A DNA stretch of 64,000 bases from positions 3,844,001-3,908,000 of the forward strand of contig NW_027361806.1 of NCBI RefSeq assembly GCF_039654945.1. The letters run 5' to 3'. Origin of the DNA: Dendrobates tinctorius (lineage: Eukaryota). Every line of letters starts with the position of its first letter. Within the stretch, counting starts at the first letter, position 1. Below the pieces are notes generated by a model, which worked only from the letters and a program-made list of their open reading frames with translations, was not told the DNA's origin and did no database searches. A program made the position numbers and the translations under genes. This document shows positions 31,601-51,085 of this stretch, in pieces.

Positions 31601-34600
31601 AGGCACTGGGGATGGAGATCCGCATGGAGCCAGGGAGGGGACCGGTATTCCCAGAGCCTCTTAAAGGCCCAGAGGATCTGCAGAATCTGAAGCCTGCGGT
31701 GGACGTGTCTCAGGAGCTGGGTTATGTGTTTCAGGCGATCACGCTGACTCGTCATAAAATAGCCGGGCAGGTCCCGCTGATCGGGTTTACCGGCGCTCCG
31801 GTAAGTGTCACTGACAGTGATGGAGAAGGTGCAGGACCCGTTCAGAGTCGCTTAATGTCCTCTCATCTCCGCACAGTGGACGCTGATGACCTATATGATA
31901 GAAGGAGGAGGCTCCAACACCATGTCCAAAGCCAAACGCTGGCTCTACCAGAACCCGAGCGCCAGCCACCAGCTGCTGCAGCAACTCACGGACGTCATCG
32001 TGGACTACCTGGTGGGCCAGGTTGCTGCAGGAGCGCAGGTAGAGCAGGATCCAGTGGCCGGTCTCTGCAGAGAGGATGCCGCGTCCTGTAATGACTCTCG
32101 TGTCTGTGTTTAGGCTCTGCAGGTGTTTGAGTCTCACGCCGGCTGCCTCGGACCCCAGCAGTTTGCAGACTTTTCTTTGCCGTATCTTCGGGAAATCTCA
32201 CGCAGAGTGAAGCAGAAGCTGAAAGCGGAGGGGCTGGAGCAAGTACCTATGGTGAGTCCCTGTGCGCACAGTAGGGTCCTGAGCCCGTGCTCCCCCAGAC
32301 ATGTCTGCCACAAAAGTATTGGCTGCATCAGTATAAAAACTTCTGCAACTTTCCAATGCAGTGCGTCAGGTCTTCACTATTTTGAAGATTCAGAATCCAA
32401 ATTCCAGCCACTGAAATCAAACTGTTGACACAGCTGAGGGTTTGTTACAGTGTATCAGTCAAATTTTCTGCAAGCCGAACATCTGAGCTGCACAAAGCCC
32501 CCTTTTTTTTTTTTTTTTTTTTTTTTCCCCTTTTTTTTGTACTTTTACATTGCGATACATTTTGCCTTTAACAACACATTGTATCAGGCTGATGCGATCT
32601 CAGTGCTGGATCCATTGTTGAATGATCTCGTCTCACAGATCGTTTTTGCCAAGGACGCACATTACGGACTAGAGGATCTGTCCCAGTCGGGATTTGAGGT
32701 GGTTGGACTGGACTGGACGATCCGACCCCAGGAGGCCAGGTGAGACGGGGATGGGGCCAGGGTTATCTGTCCGGAACTCCTCATTGTTTCTCACCACATT
32801 CCCAAAGACTCGGGGCTTTTCCTCTATTTTCTGTAAATCTTTCATCTGACATTTAACTCTATTCTACCGTCTAATAAGCCGTACATACCGCAGAATGTCA
32901 ATGTCAAGCTTTTATTTCAGGGAGAAAACAGGGAAGAGAGTGACACTACAAGGAAACATGGATCCATGCGCTCTGTACGCCAGCAAGGTGAGTGCGACAC
33001 CTGACCACAGGGTGTATTACAGGGAGGGAACATTTCACACGAAGACTTGTAAACTGAGTCAGATCGTTACAGGTGAAATGTATATATTGGGGATCAGGAG
33101 AGTCCATTATGTGTTTCACATTATATTCTTGCACATAGGGGGACAGTATTATAGTAGTTATATTCTTGTACACAGGAGCAGTATTATAGTAGTTATATTC
33201 TTGTACATAGGAGCAGTATTATAGTAGTTATATTCTTGTACATAGGAGCAGTATTATAGTAGTTATATTCTTGTACATAAGGGCAGTATTATAGCAGTTA
33301 TAGTCTTGTACATAGGGGCAGTATTATAGTAGTTATAGTCTTGTACATAGGGGCAGTATTATAGTAGTTATATTCTTATACATAGGGGCAGTATTATAGT
33401 AGTTAGTCTTGTACATGGGGGCAGTATTATAGTAGTTACAGTCTTGTACATGGGGGCAGTGTTATAGTAGTTATAGTCTTGTACATAGGGGGCAGTATTA
33501 TAGCAGTTATATTCTTGTACATAGGAGCAGTATTATAGTAGTTATAGTCTTGTACATAGGGGCAGTATTATAGTAGTTATATTCTTATACATAGGGGCAG
33601 TATTATAGTAGTTATAGTCTTGTACATAAGGGCAGTGTTATAGTCTTGTACATAAGGGCAGTAGTATAGTAGTTATAGTCTTGTACATAGGGGCAGTATT
33701 ATAGTAGTTATATTCTTATACATAGGGGCAGTATTATAGTAGTTATATTCTTGTACATAAGGGCAGTATTATAGCAGTTATAGTCTTGTACATAAGGGCA
33801 GTATTATAGTAGTTATAGTCTTGTACATAGGGGCAGTATTATAGTAGTTATATTCTTATACATAGGGGCAGTATTATAGTAGTTAGTCTTGTACATAGGG
33901 GCAGTATTATAGTAGTTACAGTCTTGTACATGGGGGCAGTGTTATAGTAGTTATATTCTTGTACACAGGAGCAGTATTATAGTAGTTATAGTCTTGTACA
34001 TAGGGGCAGTATTATAGTAGTTATATTCTTGTACACAGGAGCAGTATTATAGTAGTTATATTCTTGTACATAGGAGACAGTATTATAGTAGTTATATTCT
34101 TGTACACAGGAGCAGTATTATAGTAGTTATAGTCTTGTACATAGGGGGCAGTATTATAGCAGTTATATTCTTGTACATAGGAGCAGTATTATAGTAGTTA
34201 TAGTCTTGTGCATAGGGGCAGTATTATAGTAGTTATTTTCTTGTACATAGGGGGCAGTATTATAGTAGTTATTTTCTTGTACATAGGGGGCAGTATTATA
34301 GTAGTTATTTTCTTGGAAGTGGTGCAATGTAATTTTTTTTTCACTGGATCTCTGTATGTAGAAGGAGAATATGATGCACTGGTCCATAGATCTTTGTCAC
34401 TTGAATGCTGGACATATTTGCATCTCTTAGTTTTGCCGTTCTGTCATCCATCTTTTCCACTGACAGATCTGATCTTTCTCTCTTGCCCGTTTGCTGCAGG
34501 ATAACATTGAGGAGATTGTGAAGAAGATGCTGGAGGTGTTTGGATGCCGTGGATACATTGCTAATTTGGGTCATGGTTTGTATCCAGACATGGACCCGGA

Positions 34601-34658
34601 ACACGTGGGCGCCTTCATTTCTGCTGTTCATAAATACTCAGAGAAAAAGGAGAACTGA
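28642..34658 (+). CDS. UROD: Uroporphyrinogen decarboxylase, 10 exons, 1104 nt, 367 aa
   Basis: Motifs [56 protein letters not shown]; all introns GT-AG and in phase. Confidence 0.98.
29410..29930. repeat. G-rich minisatellite, about 48 bp, in UROD intron 1
   Basis: Repeats of CCACTGCAGGACTGTGGGGGGCCGCTGGAGAGGTGGGATGTGGGGGG. Confidence 0.93.
30040..30152 (+). CDS. UROD: UROD exon 2
   Basis: [16 protein letters not shown]...MRQAGRYLP; 113 nt. Confidence 0.96.
31041..31120 (+). CDS. UROD: UROD exon 3
   Basis: [11 protein letters not shown]...ELTLQ; 80 nt. Confidence 0.96.
31211..31273 (+). CDS. UROD: UROD exon 4
   Basis: [21 protein letters not shown]; 63 nt. Confidence 0.96.
31603..31800 (+). 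CDS. UROD: UROD exon 5
   Basis: [14 protein letters not shown]...IGFTGAP; 198 nt. Confidence 0.96.
31877..32038 (+). CDS. UROD: UROD exon 6
   Basis: [13 protein letters not shown]...QVAAGAQ; 162 nt. Confidence 0.96.
32114..32251 (+). CDS. UROD: UROD exon 7
   Basis: [10 protein letters not shown]...QVPM; 138 nt. Confidence 0.96.
32639..32739 (+). CDS. UROD: UROD exon 8
   Basis: IVFAKDAHY...VVGLDWT...; 101 nt. Confidence 0.96.
32921..32987 (+). CDS. UROD: UROD exon 9
   Basis: [22 protein letters not shown]; 67 nt. Confidence 0.96.
33121..34315. repeat. AT-rich minisatellite, about 35 bp (GCAGTATTATAGTAGTTATATTCTTGTACATAGGA), in UROD intron 9
   Basis: Direct tandem repetition, about 33 copies. 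Confidence 0.97.
34500..34658 (+). CDS. UROD: UROD exon 10 (last)
   Basis: [11 protein letters not shown]...[18 protein letters not shown]...KEN then TGA. Confidence 0.96.
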   Translation, partial: DNIEEIVKKMLEVFGCRGYIANLGHGLYPDMDPEHVGAFISAVHKYSEKKEN

Positions 34659-34896
34659 AGCCAGAGCCGTACAGTGTGTGTGATTCCAGCGCGGGGCAGA
34701 GCATGACCGGCACTGGCTCCTGAGGTTAATGACAAGACTATTGTAGCAGAATTAACCTGGACAGAATCAGTAACTGGTGCATCCTCCTTATAGATTCCAG
34801 GGGTCGCTGCTTCGGTCTGAATGGAGGAAGCTGCTTCACCTTCTGCTGAGTCGGAGGAAAATGTTACAGCCTCCCAGTAATTGTCTGATCTAATAG

Positions 34897-34902
34897 AATA
34901 AA
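34897..34902 (+). terminator. UROD polyadenylation signal
   Basis: AATAAA about 240 nt after the stop, followed by a GT-rich tract. Confidence 0.75.
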
Positions 34903-35357
34903 ATGTGTTCTGGAGCCTCCCGGAGGGGATGTGCGGTGTGAGCGGATGTGTTATCTACATGCAGCCGGACAGATGGTTGCTGAATTTGTTTGGCTTCGGT
35001 TCTGAATACGATCCGCATTTTTGTTTTTGCAATATTCGTTGAACACAGCCGACCGTCATTAGAGTAGAAATCACCGAATATGTCCGGAACCGATCATTAA
35101 ACATACATTCAGCACAGATAGGGGACCAATATGGCAAATTCAGAGTCGGTGACCAAATTCGCTCAACTAGTTTTAACTCAAAATCAGTGGGGGGATCAAT
35201 AGATCCCAAATATTGGTCCTTAATATTAAAGTCCTGGTTAATTTAGCTGGAAACTTTTTTTTTTATTTACAATTTTGGACTGAATCAGAGCAACAAGTTC
35301 CTTTACAGGGGGTGCTGTCTACCTGCAGCCACCACTAGGGGTTGCACCCTGCATGCA

Positions 35358-35776
35358 ATTAAAGGGGTTATCAACACTTTGCTGACTTTTTTCGTGCGAG
35401 GCAAAGATCTTACAGGTTGGTAGTTGCTAACTACCTGCTTGTGCTACCCGGTCTCTGCTGGCTAAAAGCCATCATGGATCGCTCCTGTAGGCGATTCTGC
35501 TGCTTTGTTTGACCTCGTGTCCATCGAGCAGCGCTTCCTCTTCTGGCCTGTTGTGTCGACAGGGCGTCCCTGCTGATAGGTAATGGAGAGTCGGCTTCCA
35601 ATCGGCATCGACAGAGCAGAAGAGAAGCTGTTGGTCTGGCGATGTGATGTTTCTGGAGTTGCCGGAAGGAGCGGTCAGTGACTACTCTGAGCTGGCAGAA
35701 ATGGGCACCGGGTAGAACAGGCACGTAGTTGCTAATATTTTTCCTATTGGGCAAAGTCCCTGATCATGCCCTTTAA
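35358..35776. mobile_element. TTAA-flanked palindromic MITE (T2/Kolobok-like)
   Basis: TTAAAGGGG...CCCTTTAA ends; inverted TAACTACCTGCTTGTGCTACCCGG / CCGGGTAGAACAGGCACGTAGTTGC. Confidence 0.6.
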
Positions 35777-36025
35777 ATTTATAATTGACTTCAACAGTGA
35801 ACAGTAGCTCCCTCCAGTGGCGGCTGCAGGCTCACATCGTTTCATGGAAATGATTCAGAAGGTTTGCTGATCTGTTTCCAATATATGTTAAAAGGGGTAT
35901 TTCAGGGGCTCCTCAAATACCCAATTCTCTGGATCGTTGGTGAAACAGCCAGCGATGAGCAAGTTATCCATTAGCCCGGTGTAAGGGATCACTGTCATAC
36001 TTTAGAACATCCCTTTAAAAATGTG

Positions 36026-36145
36026 GAAAAATATTCAGAATTGAGAGTCCTCAGTGGTTGATACCTTTTAATGGCTGAGGACTCTCAATTCTGAATATTT
36101 TTCTATCTACTGGCTAACATGGTACAAAGATATACATCTTTCCTG
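36026..36145. mobile_element. 120-bp retro-insertion (Penelope-like end) with a 29-bp inverted repeat
   Basis: Perfect inverted repeat 36026-36054 / 36075-36103; 12-bp TSD TTTAAAAATGTG at 36014-36025 and 36146-36157. Confidence 0.7.
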
Positions 36146-36348
36146 TTTAAAAATGTGAGCACTAAAATCTGCATGCCTCTGGTCTGCAGACATCTTAGGG
36201 CGCCAATATTGGGTGTAACTGTCAGGATGTAGTCTGCTCTTTTTACATATTCCATAAATCTTTACCCCATAGTCGTCGATCAGGAGAGGACCTGTGTCTT
36301 AATACCGCTCCCCTCTCCATGAGGTATAATGTAATAATCGTTACTTCT

Positions 36349-37966
36349 ATGCTGGACATTAGCACTGATCTTATGCAGCACGTATACGGTGCGCCCCATG
36401 CTGGACATTAGCGCTGATCTTACGCAGCCTGTATACAGTGCGCCCCCTGCTGGACATTAGCGCTGATCTTACGCCGTGTGTATACAGGGCGCCCCATGCT
36501 GGACATTAGCGCTGATCTTATTCAGTATGTATACAGTGCGCCCCCTGCTGGACATTAGCTCTGATCTTATGCAGCACGTATACGGTGCACCCCCTGCTGG
36601 ACATTAGCGCTGATCTTATGCAGCTCGTATATGGTGCGCCCCCTGCTGGACATTAGCGCTGATCTGATGCAGGATGCATACAGTGCGCCCCCTGCTGGAC
36701 ATTAGCGCTGATCTGATGCAGCACGTATACAGTGTGCCCCCTGCTGGACATTAGCGCTGATCTTACGCAGCCTGTATACAGGGCGCCTCCTGCTGGACAT
36801 TAGCGCTGATCTGATGCAGCACGTATACAGTGCGCCCCCTGCTGGACATTAGCGCTGATCTTACGGAGCCTGTATACAGGGAGCCCCCTGCTGGACATTA
36901 GCTCTGATCTTATGCAGCACGTATACGGTGCACCCCCTGCTGGACATTAGCGCTGATCTTATGCAGCTTGTATATGGTGCGCCCCCTGCTGGACATTAGC
37001 GCTGATCTGATGCAGGATGCATACAGGGTGCCCCCTGCTGGACATTAGCGCTGATCTGATGCAGCACGTATACAGTGCGCCCCCTGCTGGACATTAGCGC
37101 TGATCTTACGCAGCCTGTATACAGGGCGCCCCCTGCTGGACATTAGCGCTGATCTTATACAGTGTGTCTACAGGGCTCCCCCTGCTGGACATTAGCGCTG
37201 ATCTTGGGCAGCACGTATACAGTGCGCCCCGTGCTGGACATTAGCGCTGATCTTATACAGCGTGTATAAAGGGCGCCCCCTGCTGGACATTAGCGCTGAT
37301 CTTATTCAGCATGTATACAGGGCGCCCCCTGCTGGACATTAGCTCTGATCTTATGCAGCACGTATACAGTGCACCCCCTGCTAGACATTAGCCCTGAACT
37401 TATGCAGCTCGTATATGGTGCGCCCCCTGCTGGACATTAGCGCTGATCTGATGCAGCACGTATACAGTGCGCCCCCTGCTGGACATTAGCGCTGATCTTA
37501 CGCAGCCTGTATACAGGGCGCCCCCTGCTGGACATTAGCGCTGATCTTATACAGCGTGTCTACAGGGCTCCCCCTGCTGGACATTAGCGCTGATCTGATG
37601 CAGCACGTATATGGTGCACCCCATGTTGGACATTAGCGCTGATCTTGGGCAGCACGTATACAGTGCGCCCCCTGCTGGACATTAGCACTGATCTTACGCA
37701 GCCTGAATACAGGGCGCTCCCTGCTGGACATTAGCGCTGATCTTACGCAGCACGTATACAGTGCGTGCCCTGCTTGCCATTAGTGCTGATCTTATGCAGC
37801 CTGTATACAGGGCGCCCCCTGCTGGACATTAGCGCTGATCTTATGCAGCGTGTATACGGCGCGCCCCCTGCTGGACATTAGCGCTGATCTTACGCAGCCT
37901 GTGTACGGCACGCCCCCTGCTGGACATTAGCGCTGATCTTATGTATACAGTGCTCCCCCTGCTGGA
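36349..37966. repeat. 49-bp minisatellite (CCCCCTGCTGGACATTAGCGCTGATCTTATGCAGCACGTATACAGTGCG), about 33 copies, most containing a CTCF consensus motif
   Basis: Tandem repetition; the minus strand reads TGTCCAGCAGGGGGCGCAC. Confidence 0.96.
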
Positions 37967-38069
37967 CGGGTACTGCAGCATCTTGTATCTCTGATATCTG
38001 GATAAATCCTAGTTTTTTCTCATTTTAAATATTTCGTTCACACGAAAACAAAAAGGTTGTGATTCACAA

Positions 38070-38075
38070 TTTATT
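38070..38075 (-). terminator. Probable ZSWIM5 polyadenylation signal
   Basis: AATAAA on the minus strand at the end of a U-rich, 3'UTR-like segment (38050-39060). Confidence 0.55.
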
Positions 38076-39245
38076 CATAAAAAAGCACTGAAATTTTCAA
38101 CACAATTCATATAAAATGGTTTCGGCAATACATAAATAGGGTTCATTTTCTTATTAATATTAACAAACATTAAGAGGTTGCACAAAAAATAAAACAAAAA
38201 TGAAAAAGTAGGAGCATACAAATAAAACTGGTAAAAATAAGAGCAATGATACGTCTGTGGCAAGGAATACTGAGGGGCGAGCGCGCGCTGGGACGTGGAG
38301 AAGCGATGCAGAAAGAGAGACGCGTGATGGCGGCAGCGGAGTCGGTGACAACCAATAATCGCCCCTCCCCCGCTCTCCAAGATCCGGCCGCTTCATCATC
38401 CGACAGGCAACAGAAGATGTCAATTTGGGAGAGGAGCGACTCACGGGTGCATATAAGGGGGGTACAAATAAATATTAGGGAGGGGAACAGAAACTGGTGC
38501 GAGGGAGAGTTCACAGGACATTGTTCATTTTTTTGGGGAGGGGGTCGCCCCCTGCTGCACCACAGTTATTGCTAAACCTCACAGTCTTTCCTAACACAAT
38601 TTTGGAATCGCCAAGACAAATGCACGGCCATTCTGAAAGACCCCAGATTAGGTCAGGTTTTAAGGATTCCCAATTCTTTTCTCGGGAGGGTGTGTTCATT
38701 ATTGCAAAAATCCACTCTGTACAACTGTTATGGATGGGGGGGGTAGACCAGCTCCGATTCTTGGCACAGTCTCAAGTCTCATACAAATTACAGCCAAACC
38801 TCATTGCACTAAAGATGATACCCCCCTCCCTAAAAAATAGAAGAAACGCTTCCCTCCTCCCACCTGAGAAAAGCACTTAAAGCACCGCCCCAGCCAAAGC
38901 ATTCAAGTATACCGTCGCCCTGCGGAGAAGGACAGAACCGTCATAAATAATTAGTATTTTACATCTGATAATCCACATATATTCTCGTATTTACAGCTCG
39001 ATAGATGCTTTGTTGTCACTTTATATCGTGTAGTGTTCCCTGAGTTTCAGTTACAGTTCAGCGATGAGGCGGGAGACACTTCTCTTTAGGATGAGGGAGG
39101 TGAACGGCGGGGGGCGAGCGCTGGAGGGGCCGCTCTGTACCCTCCTGATCTGGAATGATCAGAGCACAGTTTACGAGAACCTGCGAGATGTTCGGATGCT
39201 TTGGGGGTAGGTGGGATGTCGGCGTAAATTCCTAAACTGCAGCGT

Positions 39246-40330
39246 AAGGCTACAGTCAAACGATGCGTTTTTTTTTTTTTTACGCTGCGTATTTTTTGCA
39301 AAAATGCAAGTAAAATCTGCAACATCAAAAACTCATCATGGGAAGAGAGCTTAAGGCTACATTCACATCTGTGGGACACGTCCTCGTGCCGTCCGTTTTT
39401 TTTCACGGAGTTTTGTTGGTCCATGATCTGATCCACGTGACCGGTCGGTGAGTCTCGGAGCATGTCCTATTCTCATACGATTTGAAAAAATTACGGGAAA
39501 CCGTATAAAATAGACTTTGTAAGGCCGGGGTCACACTTGCAAGAAACTCACACGAGTCTCGCATCTCGATACCCGGCACTCGGGAATGGAGGGTGCGGCT
39601 GCATGTATTTCTAGGCAGCTGAGCGCTCCGGTACCGAGTGCCGGCGGCAGTGCCCCGGGTATCGAGATGCGAGACTCGTGTGAGTTTCTTGCAAGTGTGA
39701 CCCCGAATTCAATTTTCCATCCGAGTTTCATCCGTTTTAACTGATATATTAAGAGTCAATGGATAAATGTTCAGATGGTCTAGGGGTAAAAAAAGAGGGG
39801 GGGGGATGAGTTAAAAACGGATGCAACATGGACATAAAACGGATGGAACGAGAGAAAAGTCTGTTTTACATTGATGTGTGAATGTAGCTCAAGCCGAAAG
39901 CCTCATTCAGTCGTCTGCTGCATGAAAAAAATAAATGACTGATGTTCCGCTTTGGTCTATGTGTCAGGATTTACCATCAGTGATTTTTTTTTTTCCGTAA
40001 GCCAAAAAAAACTAAAAACGATGTTAAAAATGGATAAAGCAAGGATGGGATCTGTGCAACCCTGTAGACACGGTTCTGTATGACACAGGTGAACAGCCCC
40101 ATAGACTAAAATAGGGGTTCTGACTGTCTGAATTAGGCAGGGGTCACACGTGCGAGTGTGATGTGAGAAACCCTCATCGATACCCGGCACTGCCGCTGGC
40201 ACTCGGGACCTGAGAGTTCAGCTGCATAGAAATACACGTAGCCACACACTCCGGTCACGAGTGCTGGCGGCAGTGCCGGGTATTGATGCGCGAGCTTCTC
40301 GCATCACACTCACAAGTCTGACCCTGAGGT
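39246..40330. mobile_element. Cluster of nested PIF/Harbinger-type MITEs
   Basis: GGCTACATTCACA...TGTGAATGTAGC (about 39355-39889) containing the palindrome GGGGTCACACTTGCAAGAAACTC...GAGTTTCTTGCAAGTGTGACCCC (39523-39705); related copy at about 40136-40327. Confidence 0.75.
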
Positions 40331-42292
40331 AAGGCCTAAATCCGTCTATTCTTGGATCGGAGAAGTCGGCTCCATCGCTGGGTCTTCTGTCCTCAGCTCA
40401 CTGCCTTGTAGGCATATAGCAGGAGTCCCAATGTTCGGGACCGGCCTTCTTATCAGAGTATGGACTGTGGACCCTGACCTATCTTCATATCACATTGAGA
40501 ATGCAGCTCAATCTTCAGGCATCGTGATGCACTTTGTGTCCATTATGAAAAAAAAAAGCGCAATTCAAAAGTTTTTTGTTGCTGATCTAAAGTAGACGGT
40601 GCTCCTGCCGCTCTACCTGCATATTAGACTGCATTTTCATGGTGACAGGTTCCCTTTCAGGAGATTTTCCAGTTCTCTATAAATGAAGCTGATCTGTATT
40701 TTTCTAATATACTTTAGGGCCAAGTCATCACTTGCATTTTTCTTTTTTTTTTTTTTACATTACTTTTCTTTTTTTTCTTGTAGTTGTTGCTGTATTTTTA
40801 GTGCCAACTTCTCCAATATGGTGCACAAAAATTTTTCAATTGTGCTTAAAGTAAAAAACCCCTCTATTTTTGTCTTTCAGCTTTTTCGCGCTCTTTTAGA
40901 GAAACACGTCGCTTGGAACTCATTTACGCAAAAAGTTCTGAACTATAAAACAAAATTCACTGCGGGGGGAGGGAACTAAAGTACACTTTGAGCAAAAATG
41001 TGCAACTTTTTAAAAAGTTGTAAAACCACAGGCACTTTGGCGAACAGAGGGGGAAAAAAGTAGAAAATTGACTTCAAATTAAGTATTTGGCGCAAAACAA
41101 CAAAAAAGCACAAACAGGAAAAAAAATAGGCATAAATGCAATAATGAATGGCGCCCTTTGTGTTTCAATTCCTGGCCATTTTCAGGATCTCGCTTGCTGT
41201 CAGTGAATGGGAGTCGTTAACGCTTTCACTACTGGTTTCCATCAAACTTCCAGTTTTTTGGTATTTTACAAGATTAAATACTCGTCGGGTCCATCAGGAT
41301 TCCGTTTCATCATTCGCAGTGGTTATGACGGAAGCCGTGACACTAGTCTTGTACATCTTACAGTTGAGGGTGTGTTACAATGTATCAGTGCAGGTACATT
41401 AGTTTGCAGTCCCAGCCAGATTTAACTCCCGGAGGATTGTCTAAGGCTGGATACTACTGTAACAAACCCTCCAGGTGTGAGATGTAGTAGTCTGCCCTGG
41501 ATGCTGAACACAAGGAGGTTCCCATTCCATGACAGCAAGCAGAGATCCTGAAAATGGCGACAAATTGAAACATGGATTATAGGAAAGTTTTGAGAACTTG
41601 CTAAAACGTCGACCTCTAGTGGTCACTGCCCTGTACTGTACTCACAAAAAGTAAAACTAGGTGTGCCGTCTCACCGGATACGACCTGTAAGGTAATGATA
41701 ATACCTTTGCGTTCCTCCGTGTGACAGGCGCGTGTCTGGGCTAATAGAAATTTTATCTATGTCTTAGCCAGAATTTGGTCATCCAACTTCTGTTCGATCA
41801 CTTGTACAGCTGCAGAATGCACAATTGGTGGAGACAGGTTGAACTTGATGGACCTAGGTCTTTTTTCAACCTATTTAAGTGCTATAAGGTATACCTGGAG
41901 CACCACTTGTGGCTGGACCATTGCACATCTCTGGCGATGCTGGGACTTGTAGTTCCACAGTTGGATGTCTGGAAAGTTTGGTCTCCTTACTGCACGTGGC
42001 ACAGCAGATCGAGGGATTCTAGTGACACGTTAGGGGGCCATTTGTCAGCAGGGTTGGTTTGGTTTTCTCATCTAATGGTTGGGCTGTGTCATGGTCTGCG
42101 AGGAGCACAGATTACGGTAGAATCTCCCTGGTGTAACCGGTGGTAATTCGGTCTAGGAATGAGACTGGTCAACCCTGAGTGATGCAGAACCAGATGTCAT
42201 TGAGCGCGATACTGGAAATCCCAGGCTTTGGCGTTTCCCAGCGGAAGGAATTATATTGTCCCCTGCTGGGGTGATGGATGGGGTGCCTGCTG

Positions 42293-42308
42293 CAGCGCCA
42301 CCTAGTGG
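42293..42308 (-). promoter_or_regulatory. Single strong CTCF motif
   Basis: Minus strand CCACTAGGTGGCGCTG; motif match only, no binding data. Confidence 0.45.
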
Positions 42309-42658
42309 AAAGGGCAAAATCTCCCTCCAGACAATGCTGGCAGTAGCAAACTTCCAAACTTCACATGGCCTCCAATTAAATTAAAAAAAAAGAAAAAAAA
42401 AAAGGTCTGACGTTCTTAACAACCAAACCAGAGGCCCAGCGCTGGCTACACTTGTGAGAAGGTGAACTGTCCTGATACTGTGCCCCCACAACATCCCCCC
42501 CCCCCCCCCAAAGAGAATGGTGAAATGTTTGGCAGGTGATGAAAGGCTCCTGCTGTGACCGTCCTGGTTTGACCCCTTGGATATTAGGGGCCCACATAGA
42601 CAAGAAAGCAAACAGCTCTTCAAAACTAGAGGGTAAAGAGACGGGAGAGGTACGAGCC

Positions 42659-49965
<7,307 letters not shown>

Positions 49966-51085
49966 TCAGATCATATAAGTTCCTACAGATCTCCACTTGC
50001 TGTCCATTTGCACAAATATTCTTGTATTTACAGATAAGACCCCCCATACACGAAAGTCCTGCTGATATCACCCTGCTTGGCCGACAGTCTGGTCCATATG
50101 AGGGCCTCCCTGACAGATGATGTCGGGGGAGATAAGAATCCGCCGTGTCCACATTCGGACTGCAGATCCATTTGTTTTTGGCGAGGTGAACCGCTATCGG
50201 TAACTCGGTGTCTAGAGAGCCGCACATGACAGAAGCGGAGGAATCTCTGCGGTTATCGATGAGAGACACATCTCCAATCCGCAAGGCAGAAGTCAAAAAT
50301 CAAGGCCAAAAATAATTTCCTCTGCTGAGAAAAGAGAAGAAAAATATAGCGAGGCCGGGCCTGAAGCCTTGAGGGAGCCCAAACGGAAATTGGGAGGGGT
50401 GATGAGGATTTACTGACGGGCTCGGCCTGGAGAGGTAATGATAATCAATGCAGTGCAGATGATAATGAAGAGACGGGCTGTAGATACAGTGTACGGCTGA
50501 GGGCCGGGGAACCATTCATGGGGGCTCTTACAATATCACATGCAGCTTGGTGGCAGCTGCCTGGCATTGGGAAGAGAATCCCATCCGATATGACTTATCC
50601 TGGGGTACAGATGGTGATTCATATACAGAGGACATGGAAGGGTTAATAACACCCAGCATTCCTGAGGCCAGGACGCAGCACTCCACCGCTGTGACTTCCC
50701 CAATGACAGGGTACACTGCAGGGTAACCATGGATGATTAAATTTAGAAGCTGCCTGGAGGCGCCTCTACTACTCTGCCACCGGCCCCGTGCACAGGTCCA
50801 CAATGCAGGATAGTGGCTACCAATGAGAGAGAAAACTGCAGGTATAATCTGCTGAACGAAGGAGCCGTGAGGTCAATATGTGCAAATAACAAAACCAAGA
50901 AGATTTACATCAGCCCCCTGAAGATCTGACAGGACTAGATGTCTGGCCTTCCTAGACTCCCAAAGGGAGAGGGACAGGCTCCACTGCCAATCTGATAATC
51001 AAGACCCCCGAAAAGCAGAGGGATTACCTTCTATGTAACGCAATGGTGGCCATATCCCCCGAGAAAGATGGAGCCGAGAGAACCG

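Noticed and set aside
36349-37966. CRISPR-like appearance (conserved part plus variable part)
   Set aside because: The variable parts are diverged copies of one another rather than unique spacers; eukaryotic context; no cas genes.
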